DNA from: a virus
Lineage: Duplodnaviria; Caudoviricetes
Direction: 5' to 3' (one strand)
Length of the DNA stretch: 32,973 bases
Virus record (IMG/VR): IMGVR_UViG_3300020362_000369
Coordinates: 1-32,973 of that record
Position 1 is the first letter of the stretch. Each line of letters opens with the position of its first letter. The position numbers were made by a program, and so were the translations under genes. This document shows, piece after piece, positions 16,396-24,879 of this stretch. The notes below the pieces were generated by a model. That model made no database searches and had not been told where the DNA came from. It worked only from the letters and a program-made list of their open reading frames with translations.

Positions 16396-16479
16396 GTCCT
16401 TTAGAATCGCCAAATAGTACCCTAGATTCTCCACTTTATACCCTAGAATCGCCATTTAGTACCTTAGAATCGCCACCTT
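16396..16479. repeat. Four iterons with an exact 21-bp period
   Basis: TAGAWTCKCCA cores start at 16402, 16423, 16444 and 16465. Confidence 0.85.
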
Positions 16480-16564
16480 TCTTCTTCTCTTTCTTAAAGA
16501 TTCGGTCAAATTCTTCGTCAAATTTCTTTTTATTTACCGGTCTGGGCCAGTCGCCTTTACTCAT
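16436..16564 (-). CDS. Microprotein, 42 aa
   Basis: MSKGDWPRPVNKKKFDEEFDRIF; SD AAGGAG; a better start than the TTG at 16657 in the track. Confidence 0.65.
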   Translation of the reverse strand: MSKGDWPRPVNKKKFDEEFDRIFKKEKKKGGDSKVLNGDSRV

Positions 16565-16664
16565 TATCTTTCTCCTTTTTCTTGGGATATGCTTTCCACA
16601 ATGATTCGTTGTATTCTTTCTCCGCCTTACGATTCTTTTTCTTTCTCCTTCTAACAAAACTCAT
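16557..16664 (-). CDS. Basic microprotein, 35 aa
   Basis: MSFVRRRKKKNRKAEKEYNESLWKAYPKKKEKDNE; ATGA coupling. Confidence 0.5.
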   Translation of the reverse strand: MSFVRRRKKKNRKAEKEYNESLWKAYPKKKEKDNE

Positions 16665-16813
16665 AACTTAACCGCCAGGATTGTCAGAATAGAAATTAAA
16701 AGTATGTTGCTCATTAGTAGTAATAAACCTAACAATGTGTGATACCAAATCCAACGAGTAGCATAAGCATTTTTTATGGATAAGTCGTTTGGATCGTATT
16801 CTTCTTTTTTCAT
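16661..16813 (-). CDS. Membrane microprotein, 50 aa
   Basis: MKKEEYDPNDLSIKNAYATRWIWYHTLLGLLLL...; ATGA overlap with the methyltransferase stop. Confidence 0.7.
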   Translation of the reverse strand: MKKEEYDPNDLSIKNAYATRWIWYHTLLGLLLLMSNILLISILTILAVKL

Positions 16814-18174
16814 AATTCCATGTTTTTTAAAATGTGAGCGATAACATCAATAGTCCATCCATTTCCAAGCATAGCATAGCGCCTAGTGTTTGATACATGG
16901 TTTGTGTAATTATCCGGAACTGTCTGCAATCTTTCACACTCTAAAGGCGTTAGCTTACGCCATGACAGATTTTCAAATCTCATGTAATTTTGATTAACAG
17001 TAGTTAAAGCGTTGCACTTATATTTCATATTTCTGCCACGCCTAGTTTTAGAATTCGGATAACTTATATCAAAACAATCGCCATCTTCAATAACTGTATA
17101 TCCTTTTTTTGTAGCTTCTGCGATTAACAGTTGTCTTTTTTCTTTATCTACAACAATGCGTTCTTCTTCAATCAAATCTTTTACTACAACGCTATCTTTT
17201 TGCACCAAGCCAATAGAATTACTTTTTTGATCCTTACGCAACTCCAACATTTGTTGTGGTTTTGTTTCTTTCCAAGCTACCCTTTTACCATCTTTTTTGG
17301 ACCTGGCTTTCCAGGCCCCAGATACAACTTTTGGCTCACGATTACCACCGCCCATTGAGTTTAATGTTGGCGATTTGCCATTTGGAGAATAAACTCTTTT
17401 AAGTATATCGTGTCCTTTTATATCTGTAGCTATACCTACTTGTTTAGGTTTAGTTTCAATATAACTCGCATCAGTTGGCTCTTTATGATAACCGGCAATC
17501 AAAGTTCCGATTTTTTCTGAATCCTCATTGTAAAAAAAACCCTTACCTCTAGGAGAATTTAAAACCCTATCAACCTTTGCATCAGAAAGTTTATACTTTT
17601 CCTCTGGATTTTCTTCAAGAATATCTTTAAGAACTATACCTTTATCCTCTGGTTGCTCAACTCCTGGAATATTTGTCCAATAAAGCCTTTCTCTATTCTG
17701 TGCGCTTAGTAAAGCTGAATTGATTAAGATAGGTTTTATTTGACTGCCAAATAAATCGCCACCTTCAAAATCTGGATAGCAGGCCGATACTTGTTCAGTA
17801 ATGATGTCTTGAAATTCTTGTTTCATCCTTACATTTTCTAAAAGAAAATATTTTGGCTTGATTTCTTTAAGCAGTCTTACAAATTCAAAAAACAATGCAG
17901 AACGAGGATCGTCAAACGCAAGTCCTTTTCCGGCTCTACTAAAACCCTGACAAGGCGAGCCTGCAAAAATTATGTCTATATTTTTAAAATCTTTGCCTTC
18001 TAAATTGCATACATCTCCAACTTGTATCGTTTCTGGAAAATTTGCTTGACATACCTCAATGGCGTATTTATCAATCTCACTAGCATAGTAAGTGCTTACT
18101 TCTATTCCAAGCCTTTGCAGAGCTAGTTGTCCGCAACTCATACCATCAAATAAACTTAATACTCTTAATCCCAA
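16810..18174 (-). CDS. DNA (cytosine-5)-methyltransferase
   Basis: LSLFDG.SCG, GSPCQGFS, ENV, Q.R.RLYW, RKLTPLECERLQ and GNGW motifs. Confidence 0.95.
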   Translation of the reverse strand: MGLRVLSLFDGMSCGQLALQRLGIEVSTYYASEIDKYAIEVCQANFPETIQVGDVCNLEGKDFKNIDIIFAGSPCQGFSRAGKGLAFDDPRSALFFEFVRLLKEIKPKYFLLENVRMKQEFQDIITEQVSACYPDFEGGDLFGSQIKPILINSALLSAQNRERLYWTNIPGVEQPEDKGIVLKDILEENPEEKYKLSDAKVDRVLNSPRGKGFFYNEDSEKIGTLIAGYHKEPTDASYIETKPKQVGIATDIKGHDILKRVYSPNGKSPTLNSMGGGNREPKVVSGAWKARSKKDGKRVAWKETKPQQMLELRKDQKSNSIGLVQKDSVVVKDLIEEERIVVDKEKRQLLIAEATKKGYTVIEDGDCFDISYPNSKTRRGRNMKYKCNALTTVNQNYMRFENLSWRKLTPLECERLQTVPDNYTNHVSNTRRYAMLGNGWTIDVIAHILKNMEL

Positions 18175-20012
18175 TTAATATCTCCTTTTTGATCTTCTAC
18201 TGTTTCTAAGACTACATCTTTTCTAAACAAAGTCTTAACCGAATAGTCTATTTCGCTGTTAGATTTAACCATACTAGCTCTAACAACCCTTGTTCTATCA
18301 AATTCTACGCCATTTTGTAAGCATAAACGCTCTGCTTCTTCTTCCGAACTTAAATACAACGCTAGTGCGAATCTATGCGCATCAACGAGTGAACTTGCGC
18401 CACGAATACTTGCTCTTGCTGTCATATTATCTTCTGTTGATACAAGACCTGCTTTGCTCATGTGATGGATTGAGAGCGTGGTTGCCCCTAATCTTGCAGA
18501 GATATTGGCACAAAAACTAGCATACATTTGTCCGGCTTCATTTGACGAACTAATACTGGCACTAACAAAACTTTGAACTGGATCAATAACAACCAATTTT
18601 AAATTCTCAATACTTTCTAAAGCGGTAATCAATTCTTCAGCTTGACTTGTCAAATGCAGGCCACTTGAACTGTTATCTCCTAGAACAATAAGTCTTTCTT
18701 TCATACTAGGTATAGGTAAAGCATAAACTTCGTTCAATCCTTCAAATCGTTTTCCTTCCTTGTCTAACGAATCTACTCGCCTATGCAACTCCTGAGCATC
18801 ATCTTCAGCAGATAAATAAACAGCAGAGCCGGAATTTACTATTTGATTGCCTAACCAGGACCCAGAGCCATGAGCTACTTTCAAACATAAATCTAATGCC
18901 AACATGGATTTTCCTATGCCACCAATACTTGCCATGATTCCTGGTTTGCCAAGTTCTATAAAATTTTCAACAAGCCATTCTCGTTTAGGAATTTCTCCTT
19001 TCAAAAATTTTATATTGAATTGCTTTAATGGAAGTCCACTATCTAAAATTTCATTTCTAACAGCATCCAAACCTTGTTGTTGATGTAGGTCGTTATAATC
19101 TCCAATGATTGAAGGCAGTCTTACTAAACAATTATTCAATGCAGATGCTATTTCTTCAGACTTCATGTTTCCCACATTGTTGGCATCGTTGTCATAACAG
19201 ATTATGAACTGCGCTTTTGTAAATTTTCTTAAAGATTTCAAGGCAGTTAATCCAAAGTTTGCGGAAAAGGTACAGACACAAGGAATTTTTGTTGCTTCAT
19301 AAATACTAAACATAGTGCTTATCCCTTCAACCACAATAACCTTTTCTAAGTCTTGCCATTCAGACCAAGAAAAGCCAAGTATAAAAACACTCCCTTTGAC
19401 TTCACTTGCACTAACAAATCTTTTCTCTCCTTTTGCACTAATATACTGCAAAGATCGTAATTTTTGATCCTTGACACTATTGGTAGAATATAAAGGAACA
19501 ACAAGAGAATCTCTTATTGTTTTTAACCCATAATTTTTAATTTTTTTATTTTCTAAATACTTATGATGCACACACTCTTTTGCGCCTTTAAATCTTTCCT
19601 CACAATCTTTAGCTACTTCATCGTGCCTTTTGGAACGCTCTTTTTTACTCCTCTCTATGTTGTTAGCAATATCGGCTTTTAATTGATTTCTCTCTTGTGC
19701 TGATAGTTTATTAGTGTCTGTGTTAGACCACTTAAAAGTTGTGCCATTTCGCCAATTACCATAAACAATATTTATGTAATTACCATTTTCGTTATACACA
19801 TACCAACCAGATTTTTCGTTGCTTTTGTCTGGCCTGGTGTTAGCACTTGCTTTGACCATACATCTGATAACATCCCCAGAAGTATCAATAAAACTTATTG
19901 CTAAACCATCATCATTCATTTGGTTAATGGCATCAGAAATATCTTTGCCACTCCCAAAATGTAATTCTTTATCTAAAACTAATCCATTTTCATAAAAATT
20001 AGTCAGGTCCAT
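18165..20012 (-). CDS. Toprim primase fused to an AAA_25/RepA-type helicase
   Basis: VIVVEG, ICYDND and GDYND Toprim motifs; Walker A GGIGKS, Walker B LVVIDP, HH.SK and IRGAS. Confidence 0.9.
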   Translation of the reverse strand: MDLTNFYENGLVLDKELHFGSGKDISDAINQMNDDGLAISFIDTSGDVIRCMVKASANTRPDKSNEKSGWYVYNENGNYINIVYGNWRNGTTFKWSNTDTNKLSAQERNQLKADIANNIERSKKERSKRHDEVAKDCEERFKGAKECVHHKYLENKKIKNYGLKTIRDSLVVPLYSTNSVKDQKLRSLQYISAKGEKRFVSASEVKGSVFILGFSWSEWQDLEKVIVVEGISTMFSIYEATKIPCVCTFSANFGLTALKSLRKFTKAQFIICYDNDANNVGNMKSEEIASALNNCLVRLPSIIGDYNDLHQQQGLDAVRNEILDSGLPLKQFNIKFLKGEIPKREWLVENFIELGKPGIMASIGGIGKSMLALDLCLKVAHGSGSWLGNQIVNSGSAVYLSAEDDAQELHRRVDSLDKEGKRFEGLNEVYALPIPSMKERLIVLGDNSSSGLHLTSQAEELITALESIENLKLVVIDPVQSFVSASISSSNEAGQMYASFCANISARLGATTLSIHHMSKAGLVSTEDNMTARASIRGASSLVDAHRFALALYLSSEEEAERLCLQNGVEFDRTRVVRASMVKSNSEIDYSVKTLFRKDVVLETVEDQKGDINWD

Positions 20013-20343
20013 TATATTTTCCTAATTCAGCTTCGTAATCTAAATAATTTAAAATTATTGTATTGAAAAAAGAATCTCGTTGATCGTTAGACCATTTATG
20101 CAACTCAAAACTGCCACTAACTTTAGCTAGTTCCAAGTATTTATCTTTGCTTTGTTTTCTTGCGTACCTTATAGCATCTTCATTTGTATAAGATTTTCTT
20201 GCAAGTTTTTCTCCTTTTTCGATTCTCCTCTTAATTTCCTCTAAATGTTGCATAGAGCAACTACCATAATGAATATCTTCGTGCTTGTAAAGAAAGCCTC
20301 GTGCAGGACGACCACACGCCCCACACAAGCTCGTTTTCTTCAA
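19999..20343 (-). CDS. Zinc-finger hypothetical protein
   Basis: CGAC...CSMQH motif. Confidence 0.65.
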   Translation of the reverse strand: MKKTSLCGACGRPARGFLYKHEDIHYGSCSMQHLEEIKRRIEKGEKLARKSYTNEDAIRYARKQSKDKYLELAKVSGSFELHKWSNDQRDSFFNTIILNYLDYEAELGKYNGPD

Positions 20344-20819
20344 AAGGGAATATCCTCAGAATCTAAAGGATCAACTTCAACTGGCTTTTGTGTTGCCACT
20401 TCTTCTTTAGGCAAAATGGATTCAGTTTGTTCAGCTTTGCTAAAACCTTTTCCAAATTGGCTATCTATTTCCGGATAACCATTATCATTAATTTTTACCA
20501 TGCCATTGAATTTGATACCTTTTAATTCTTCAGTATTTTTCAAAGTTGTAAGACCACAAGCACTTGCTAAAGCAGATAGCTCTGCTCTACCAATTTCTTC
20601 AGACTTAGCAGAATTAGGATTAGATACTGTAAATAATCCAGAAACTAATCTGCCACCATACTTATCATCTTGTATAGCAAAAGTCATACGACAACCAACA
20701 TATCCTCTGTCGTTTCTAACTTCGCTTTCATCAACGTATTGCATAACATACTTTCCTGGCTCTATTTGTTCATCTTCTTGACCTACTTCTAAGCCACCAC
20801 CATAATCTTCAAGATTCAT
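20340..20819 (-). CDS. DUF669-like single-stranded DNA-binding protein
   Basis: IEPGKY...GR...IGRAELSALASACG and acidic tail ending EDIPF. Confidence 0.8.
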   Translation of the reverse strand: MNLEDYGGGLEVGQEDEQIEPGKYVMQYVDESEVRNDRGYVGCRMTFAIQDDKYGGRLVSGLFTVSNPNSAKSEEIGRAELSALASACGLTTLKNTEELKGIKFNGMVKINDNGYPEIDSQFGKGFSKAEQTESILPKEEVATQKPVEVDPLDSEDIPF

Positions 20820-20934
20820 TTTTTACCTCTCTTTTTAATGTAGTTTTTAAACACGATGAACAGACAAAGATACCATCCCATTTATAGATAGCTTCTCTAT
20901 CACATTCATCACAATAAATTATTTCTTCTTCCAT
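20809..20934 (-). CDS. Zinc-ribbon microprotein, 41 aa
   Basis: MEEEIIYCDECDREAIYKWDGIFVCSSCLKTT; TAATG coupling; not in the ORF track. Confidence 0.65.
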   Translation of the reverse strand: MEEEIIYCDECDREAIYKWDGIFVCSSCLKTTLKREVKNES

Positions 20935-21662
20935 TACTTCAACATCTCCGCACGAACAGTTTCCCAATCAAAAGGTAATGTTTCTGGTAAAGCATATCTG
21001 TTCTTTGCTAAATAAGCAGGTTTTTCAACGCAGTAAATAATTCTCTCGCCACTTACTGCTTTAGTCGTCATGTTGCCACCCTTACCTTTGACTTGTACTG
21101 TTCCAAGTTTGTAGTTTGCAAAGAAACAGCAATCGCTATGTTCAAGAATTAAATCTGCTGCTTTTCTATGTAGCTTTAATTCATGGCGATCGTAGGCTTC
21201 GATTTCTGGCGACTCAAAACGCTTGATTTGATTATGAGCTATCTGCATTATCATAAATCCTTTTTCTCTTAATTCATTTAAAAGCCTTATGTATTCACGC
21301 CAATACTTCAATACTTCTACATAACCCTTTCCATAACCAGGTTGCTCGATTGATTTCCAATTATTATCTTGGCAGGCCTTATCCCAAATCAAAGGCTCTA
21401 ACCAATCCAAACTATCAACGACAAGTGTTTTGTAATCGTTATCGTTATCAAGCAAAGATTGTAAGTTTTTTAGCACATCTTCAAAACTTGTTGCCAATGG
21501 AAAATGGTCGGCTTCGATTTTTCCCATCCCATCTTCACAAAGAATAAAGATTGGTTTGTTTGTACTTGCTGCAAAAAAAGTTTTACCTACTCCTGCGCCA
21601 CCATAAAGAACTATTCTAGGTGGTTTCTGTTTTGCTTTCTTTCTAATATTAGCTAGACTCAT
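20934..21662 (-). CDS. Sak4-like AAA_24 ATPase (single-strand annealing)
   Basis: YGGAGVGKT, TLVVDSLDWLE, GYGKGY, IAH and AKNR motifs. Confidence 0.88.
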   Translation of the reverse strand: MSLANIRKKAKQKPPRIVLYGGAGVGKTFFAASTNKPIFILCEDGMGKIEADHFPLATSFEDVLKNLQSLLDNDNDYKTLVVDSLDWLEPLIWDKACQDNNWKSIEQPGYGKGYVEVLKYWREYIRLLNELREKGFMIMQIAHNQIKRFESPEIEAYDRHELKLHRKAADLILEHSDCCFFANYKLGTVQVKGKGGNMTTKAVSGERIIYCVEKPAYLAKNRYALPETLPFDWETVRAEMLK

Positions 21663-21897
21663 TTTTACTCTCCTCTAAATTAATAATTTTATCGTCATTC
21701 TCCAAAGAACTTTTTAATTCTTGGATTATCCTTCGTTTATGATCTTGTATAAGACTAAGTTGGTTTTGCGCTTCTTGTTCTTTTGGCGCTAAATACTTAG
21801 CCATGTTTAATAATTCCATCTGTTCTTTTGACAAATCAGCTTCTAAATATTCTTTATCGTCAATTTTTACAGTTGGACTTTGAACTTCGTCAGTCAT
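21649..21897 (-). CDS. Small coiled-coil protein
   Basis: VKIDDKEYLEADLSKEQ; SD GGAG before MTDEV. Confidence 0.65.
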   Translation of the reverse strand: MTDEVQSPTVKIDDKEYLEADLSKEQMELLNMAKYLAPKEQEAQNQLSLIQDHKRRIIQELKSSLENDDKIINLEESKNESS

Positions 21898-22663
21898 ATT
21901 TACTATCTCCATTTAATTTATAAGTTTCACATACTCTTTTAGCCGGACAAAATCTACATTGTTCGCCAAAAGCGTAATTCGGTGTTTCTGCTTCACAGGC
22001 ATCAAGAGCATCTTTTAGTTTTGAGAAACCCCAATCTACAAGATTTTCAGCAGTAGTTTCCCACGAACGAACGCTCTGTTTTGATCTTGGTTGCACTATT
22101 GTCATTACGACTTTCATGTTTTCGTTGCCATACCTTGATAAAGCGCCTAAAGCATATATAGACATTTGTAGATTATGTTCAGGACTAACAGGCCATGTGC
22201 CAGTTTTTAAATCTACAACTTCAATTATTTCTTTGTTAAAAATTATTGCATCCGCAGTTCCCCAACATTCAGCATTTATTTCTTCAATGCTTACTTGTTC
22301 TTCAATTAGAGGTTTGGCTTTTAATTCTTCAGACCTTTTTTCTATGTAGTCCACATAAAACTTAGCGCAATCTATCATTTCTTGATCTGCATAAATTTTT
22401 ACATCTTCTACAGTTTCACTCTTACCTAGCCAATAATCTTCAAGAGTAACTCCATCTAAATGACCTTTCATAAGCATTTCTGCCATGTTGTGTATAAAAG
22501 TACCAACGAGCGCAGGTCTGCCAACCGGCTCTCTTTCAATGCCTTCCGACAATTTAATTGAGCCAGGACACGCAAACCAACGCTCTGCACTTGAGGGAGA
22601 ATATTTACTATGCTTTGATGGCATATTATCTTTTATAAATTCTCTATTCGCTTCTGCTAACAA
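21890..22663 (-). CDS. Cas4-like PD-(D/E)XK exonuclease (DUF2800)
   Basis: HS.YSPSSA.RW..CPGS, GT..H, GTAD, DLKTG, Q..IYALG and CRFCPAK..C; real start may be 22624. Confidence 0.88.
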   Translation of the reverse strand: MLAEANREFIKDNMPSKHSKYSPSSAERWFACPGSIKLSEGIEREPVGRPALVGTFIHNMAEMLMKGHLDGVTLEDYWLGKSETVEDVKIYADQEMIDCAKFYVDYIEKRSEELKAKPLIEEQVSIEEINAECWGTADAIIFNKEIIEVVDLKTGTWPVSPEHNLQMSIYALGALSRYGNENMKVVMTIVQPRSKQSVRSWETTAENLVDWGFSKLKDALDACEAETPNYAFGEQCRFCPAKRVCETYKLNGDSKYD

Positions 22664-22832
22664 ATGAATTCTCCTCTATCTCTTTTATATCTGCCATATC
22701 ATATAAAATCTTTTTTCCTATTTTGTAGTATGGTGGGCCTTCGCCTTTCATTCTTTGATTAGCTAATGTTCTTGGACTTTTGTGCCATCTATCAGCTAAC
22801 TCTTTAGGTGTAATATAATCCTTATCGTTCAT
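22644..22832 (-). CDS. Excisionase/AlpA-like HTH protein
   Basis: YITPKELADRW..S.RTLAN.R..G.GPPY.KIG..ILY. Confidence 0.85.
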   Translation of the reverse strand: MNDKDYITPKELADRWHKSPRTLANQRMKGEGPPYYKIGKKILYDMADIKEIEENSFVSRSE

Positions 22833-22889
22833 GCTTTCTCTTGTATGTTAATGTTTCTACCTTTGAAGTATAATTAAACCATAAAAGAT

Positions 22890-23195
22890 ATGAAAAAGAC
22901 AATGTGTTTTCGAGATCAATTAAAAATGGATGGTTTTTCAACTTCATTAGAGGACTCTCCATGTATTAGTGTTTGCTCGACAACCTATGGTTTGAAAGAT
23001 AGTTGTATCTGTGGTCGCAATCTCAAGCAAATTAGTTCTTGGAATTCTTACGATACGCTTACAAAGAAAAAAATAGTGATGAAAGCCATCCAGGACAAAA
23101 ATTCGTTTCCTAGACAGAAACTTACTTTTTTGGCAGACGATCATAATATTTCTTTTGATAAAGCTAAACAGATTTTTGTTATTGATAAACTATAG
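22890..23195 (+). CDS. DUF1289 cysteine-rich (Fe-S/Zn) protein
   Basis: SPCISVCS.....C.CGR.L.QI..W motif. Confidence 0.75.
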   Translation: MKKTMCFRDQLKMDGFSTSLEDSPCISVCSTTYGLKDSCICGRNLKQISSWNSYDTLTKKKIVMKAIQDKNSFPRQKLTFLADDHNISFDKAKQIFVIDKL

Positions 23196-24291
23196 GAAGT
23201 TGAATGTCTGAGAGAATTTCGTTTCCGATTTTCTCTATGTTTTCTTTACTCGTTCTATCCTCAATATGTTGATAGCGTTGCATCATAGACAATGATTTAT
23301 GGCCCATAAGCTCTCCGGTCTGCAAAGTTTGAATTTTTGCAGAATTTGTTGAAATCGTACCAAAACTATGACGTAAATCGTGTAAAACAAGGTCATTACA
23401 CCCACAAGCTAATTTAACGCTGTTCCAGAGCTTTATTGGATTTTTGATACCAAGTATCGTTTTTTTCTTTTTTTCGCCTTGTAGCGCTTGTATGACACTC
23501 CGACTTTGAGAGTTCAACCAAATTTTTCTAGTTTTGCCATCTTTATCGGTTTTATGATCCTTTAATTCAATGTAATCGCCATGCCAATCTTCCCATCTTG
23601 CTTTAGCCAATTCTCCCTTTCTAGCGCCAGTAAAAATAAGCAATAATATAAAACTTACAGAATAAATTAGTGTTCTATCTTCATCTAATCTTCTAAATAA
23701 TTCTTGGAAAATTTTTAATTTTTCTTCAGGTGTATAGTGTCTATTTCTTTTTACCTCAAGATGTTTTTTTATTCTACTTGCCGGATTTGTTTCAATGAAC
23801 TCGTAATCTATCGCAATCTCAAAAACAGTTTTTAAAATAGTTAAACAGCGATTAGCTGTATATTTTGACCTAAGACTTAAATCATCAAACCAAGATTTAA
23901 CATCTCCTCTGCTAATTGTATCTATTGATAAATGACCAAAGCCAGACTTGATGTCTTTCTCGTACAAACGCACATATTCTTGAATGGTCTTTCTGTTGTT
24001 CATCTCCAACTGTTGTTGATATTTTGCAAAGACATAATCTGTCGTTGGTGTCTGCTTGTCGTTCTTATCTAAAGGATCAAAGCTAGTATCAAGCAACATC
24101 TTGGCTTGTAGTTCACTTGCAATCTTGCGTACTGTTTGTATCGGCATACCGCCATGACCAATCTTCATGTTTCTGCGTTTGCCATTGAAAGTATATTTTA
24201 GATAGTAGCTTATTTGTTTCTGCCCTTTACTATTAGTCCAGGCTACTTGTTTGATACTTTGATTAAGTTTGTCTGAGGTTATCTTTTTCAT
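23179..24291 (-). CDS. int: Tyrosine integrase
   Basis: Arm-binding N-terminus; catalytic R (TGARKGE), K (HKT), HDLRH, GH and Y (QRY). Confidence 0.93.
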   Translation of the reverse strand: MKKITSDKLNQSIKQVAWTNSKGQKQISYYLKYTFNGKRRNMKIGHGGMPIQTVRKIASELQAKMLLDTSFDPLDKNDKQTPTTDYVFAKYQQQLEMNNRKTIQEYVRLYEKDIKSGFGHLSIDTISRGDVKSWFDDLSLRSKYTANRCLTILKTVFEIAIDYEFIETNPASRIKKHLEVKRNRHYTPEEKLKIFQELFRRLDEDRTLIYSVSFILLLIFTGARKGELAKARWEDWHGDYIELKDHKTDKDGKTRKIWLNSQSRSVIQALQGEKKKKTILGIKNPIKLWNSVKLACGCNDLVLHDLRHSFGTISTNSAKIQTLQTGELMGHKSLSMMQRYQHIEDRTSKENIEKIGNEILSDIQLPIVYQ

Positions 24292-24292
24292 A

Positions 24293-24379
24293 CTACACCA
24301 AGTGAATTTCTAAGTTCCAAACAAAAACAAAGATAATGCCAAGCAGTAATAAAATGATTAAGTCTTTGGGTTCTCTCAT
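24293..24379 (-). CDS. Single-transmembrane microprotein, 28 aa
   Basis: MREPKDLIILLLLGIIFVFVWNLEIHLV; SD AAGGAG; stop 1 bp before the int start. Confidence 0.65.
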   Translation of the reverse strand: MREPKDLIILLLLGIIFVFVWNLEIHLV

Positions 24380-24390
24380 TGTTTCTCCTT

Positions 24391-24431
24391 TTTAGTAAAA
24401 GAATACTAAACAATGTAAAGTGATAAATCAA
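24391..24431 (-). promoter_or_regulatory. Promoter of the int operon with overlapping inverted repeat
   Basis: TTGATT-17 bp-TAGTAT; TTTAGTA-N6-TACTAAA (24391-24410) covers the -10 box. Confidence 0.55.
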
Positions 24432-24446
24432 GTATGTTAATGATTA

Positions 24447-24869
24447 TTAGTTATTTAAAAGTGTAATAGCTTCATAAAAACTGTCTTTTGAATTTACATT
24501 TTTCATTAAACTATCTTCAAAAGTTATTTTTGTTCTTTTATTGTCTTTAAATATTTTAAATATTATTGTGTTGTATTTCATACAATAAAAAGCATAAAGA
24601 TCAAACATACCTTTTTTATAATCTCTTTTTTTTGTATTAGCACCCCTTCGCATATCAAAACACCAATTAACTCTTTTGTTAGTTTTATGGCACATTTTTT
24701 TTACAGCAACAGTTTTCACCTGACATTTATACATGATGTCATTTATTTCAAAAACTATGTCGGCATGACTGCCATGCGGTAAAACATGAACTGTATCGCT
24801 TTCCAGGCTTAGAAAACTAGCTACAGCGTATTCGCCAGACCTTCCAATTCTTTCGCTTTTTCTAGCCAC
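24447..24869 (-). CDS. PD-(D/E)XK endonuclease (free-standing, homing-like)
   Basis: IGRSGEYAVA...DIV...CQVKT...FD.R...FDLYAF; likely GTG start at 24869. Confidence 0.7.
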   Translation of the reverse strand: MARKSERIGRSGEYAVASFLSLESDTVHVLPHGSHADIVFEINDIMYKCQVKTVAVKKMCHKTNKRVNWCFDMRRGANTKKRDYKKGMFDLYAFYCMKYNTIIFKIFKDNKRTKITFEDSLMKNVNSKDSFYEAITLLNN

Positions 24870-24879
24870 TTTAAAGCTA

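Noticed and set aside
16396-16479. Repeats as a mini-CRISPR array
   Set aside because: The units are contiguous 21-mers without unique spacers, which fits iterons.
16436-16657. 73-aa TTG-start ORF as given in the track
   Set aside because: Better explained by two coupled ATG microgenes (16557-16664 and 16436-16564).
21890-22663. Cas4-like gene as part of a CRISPR system
   Set aside because: No cas1/cas2 or repeat-spacer array; it lies in a standard Sak4-SSB recombination module.
22833-24446. tRNA-derived attP core near int
   Set aside because: No T-arm-like GGTTCRANTCC or CCA-end fragment recognised by eye.
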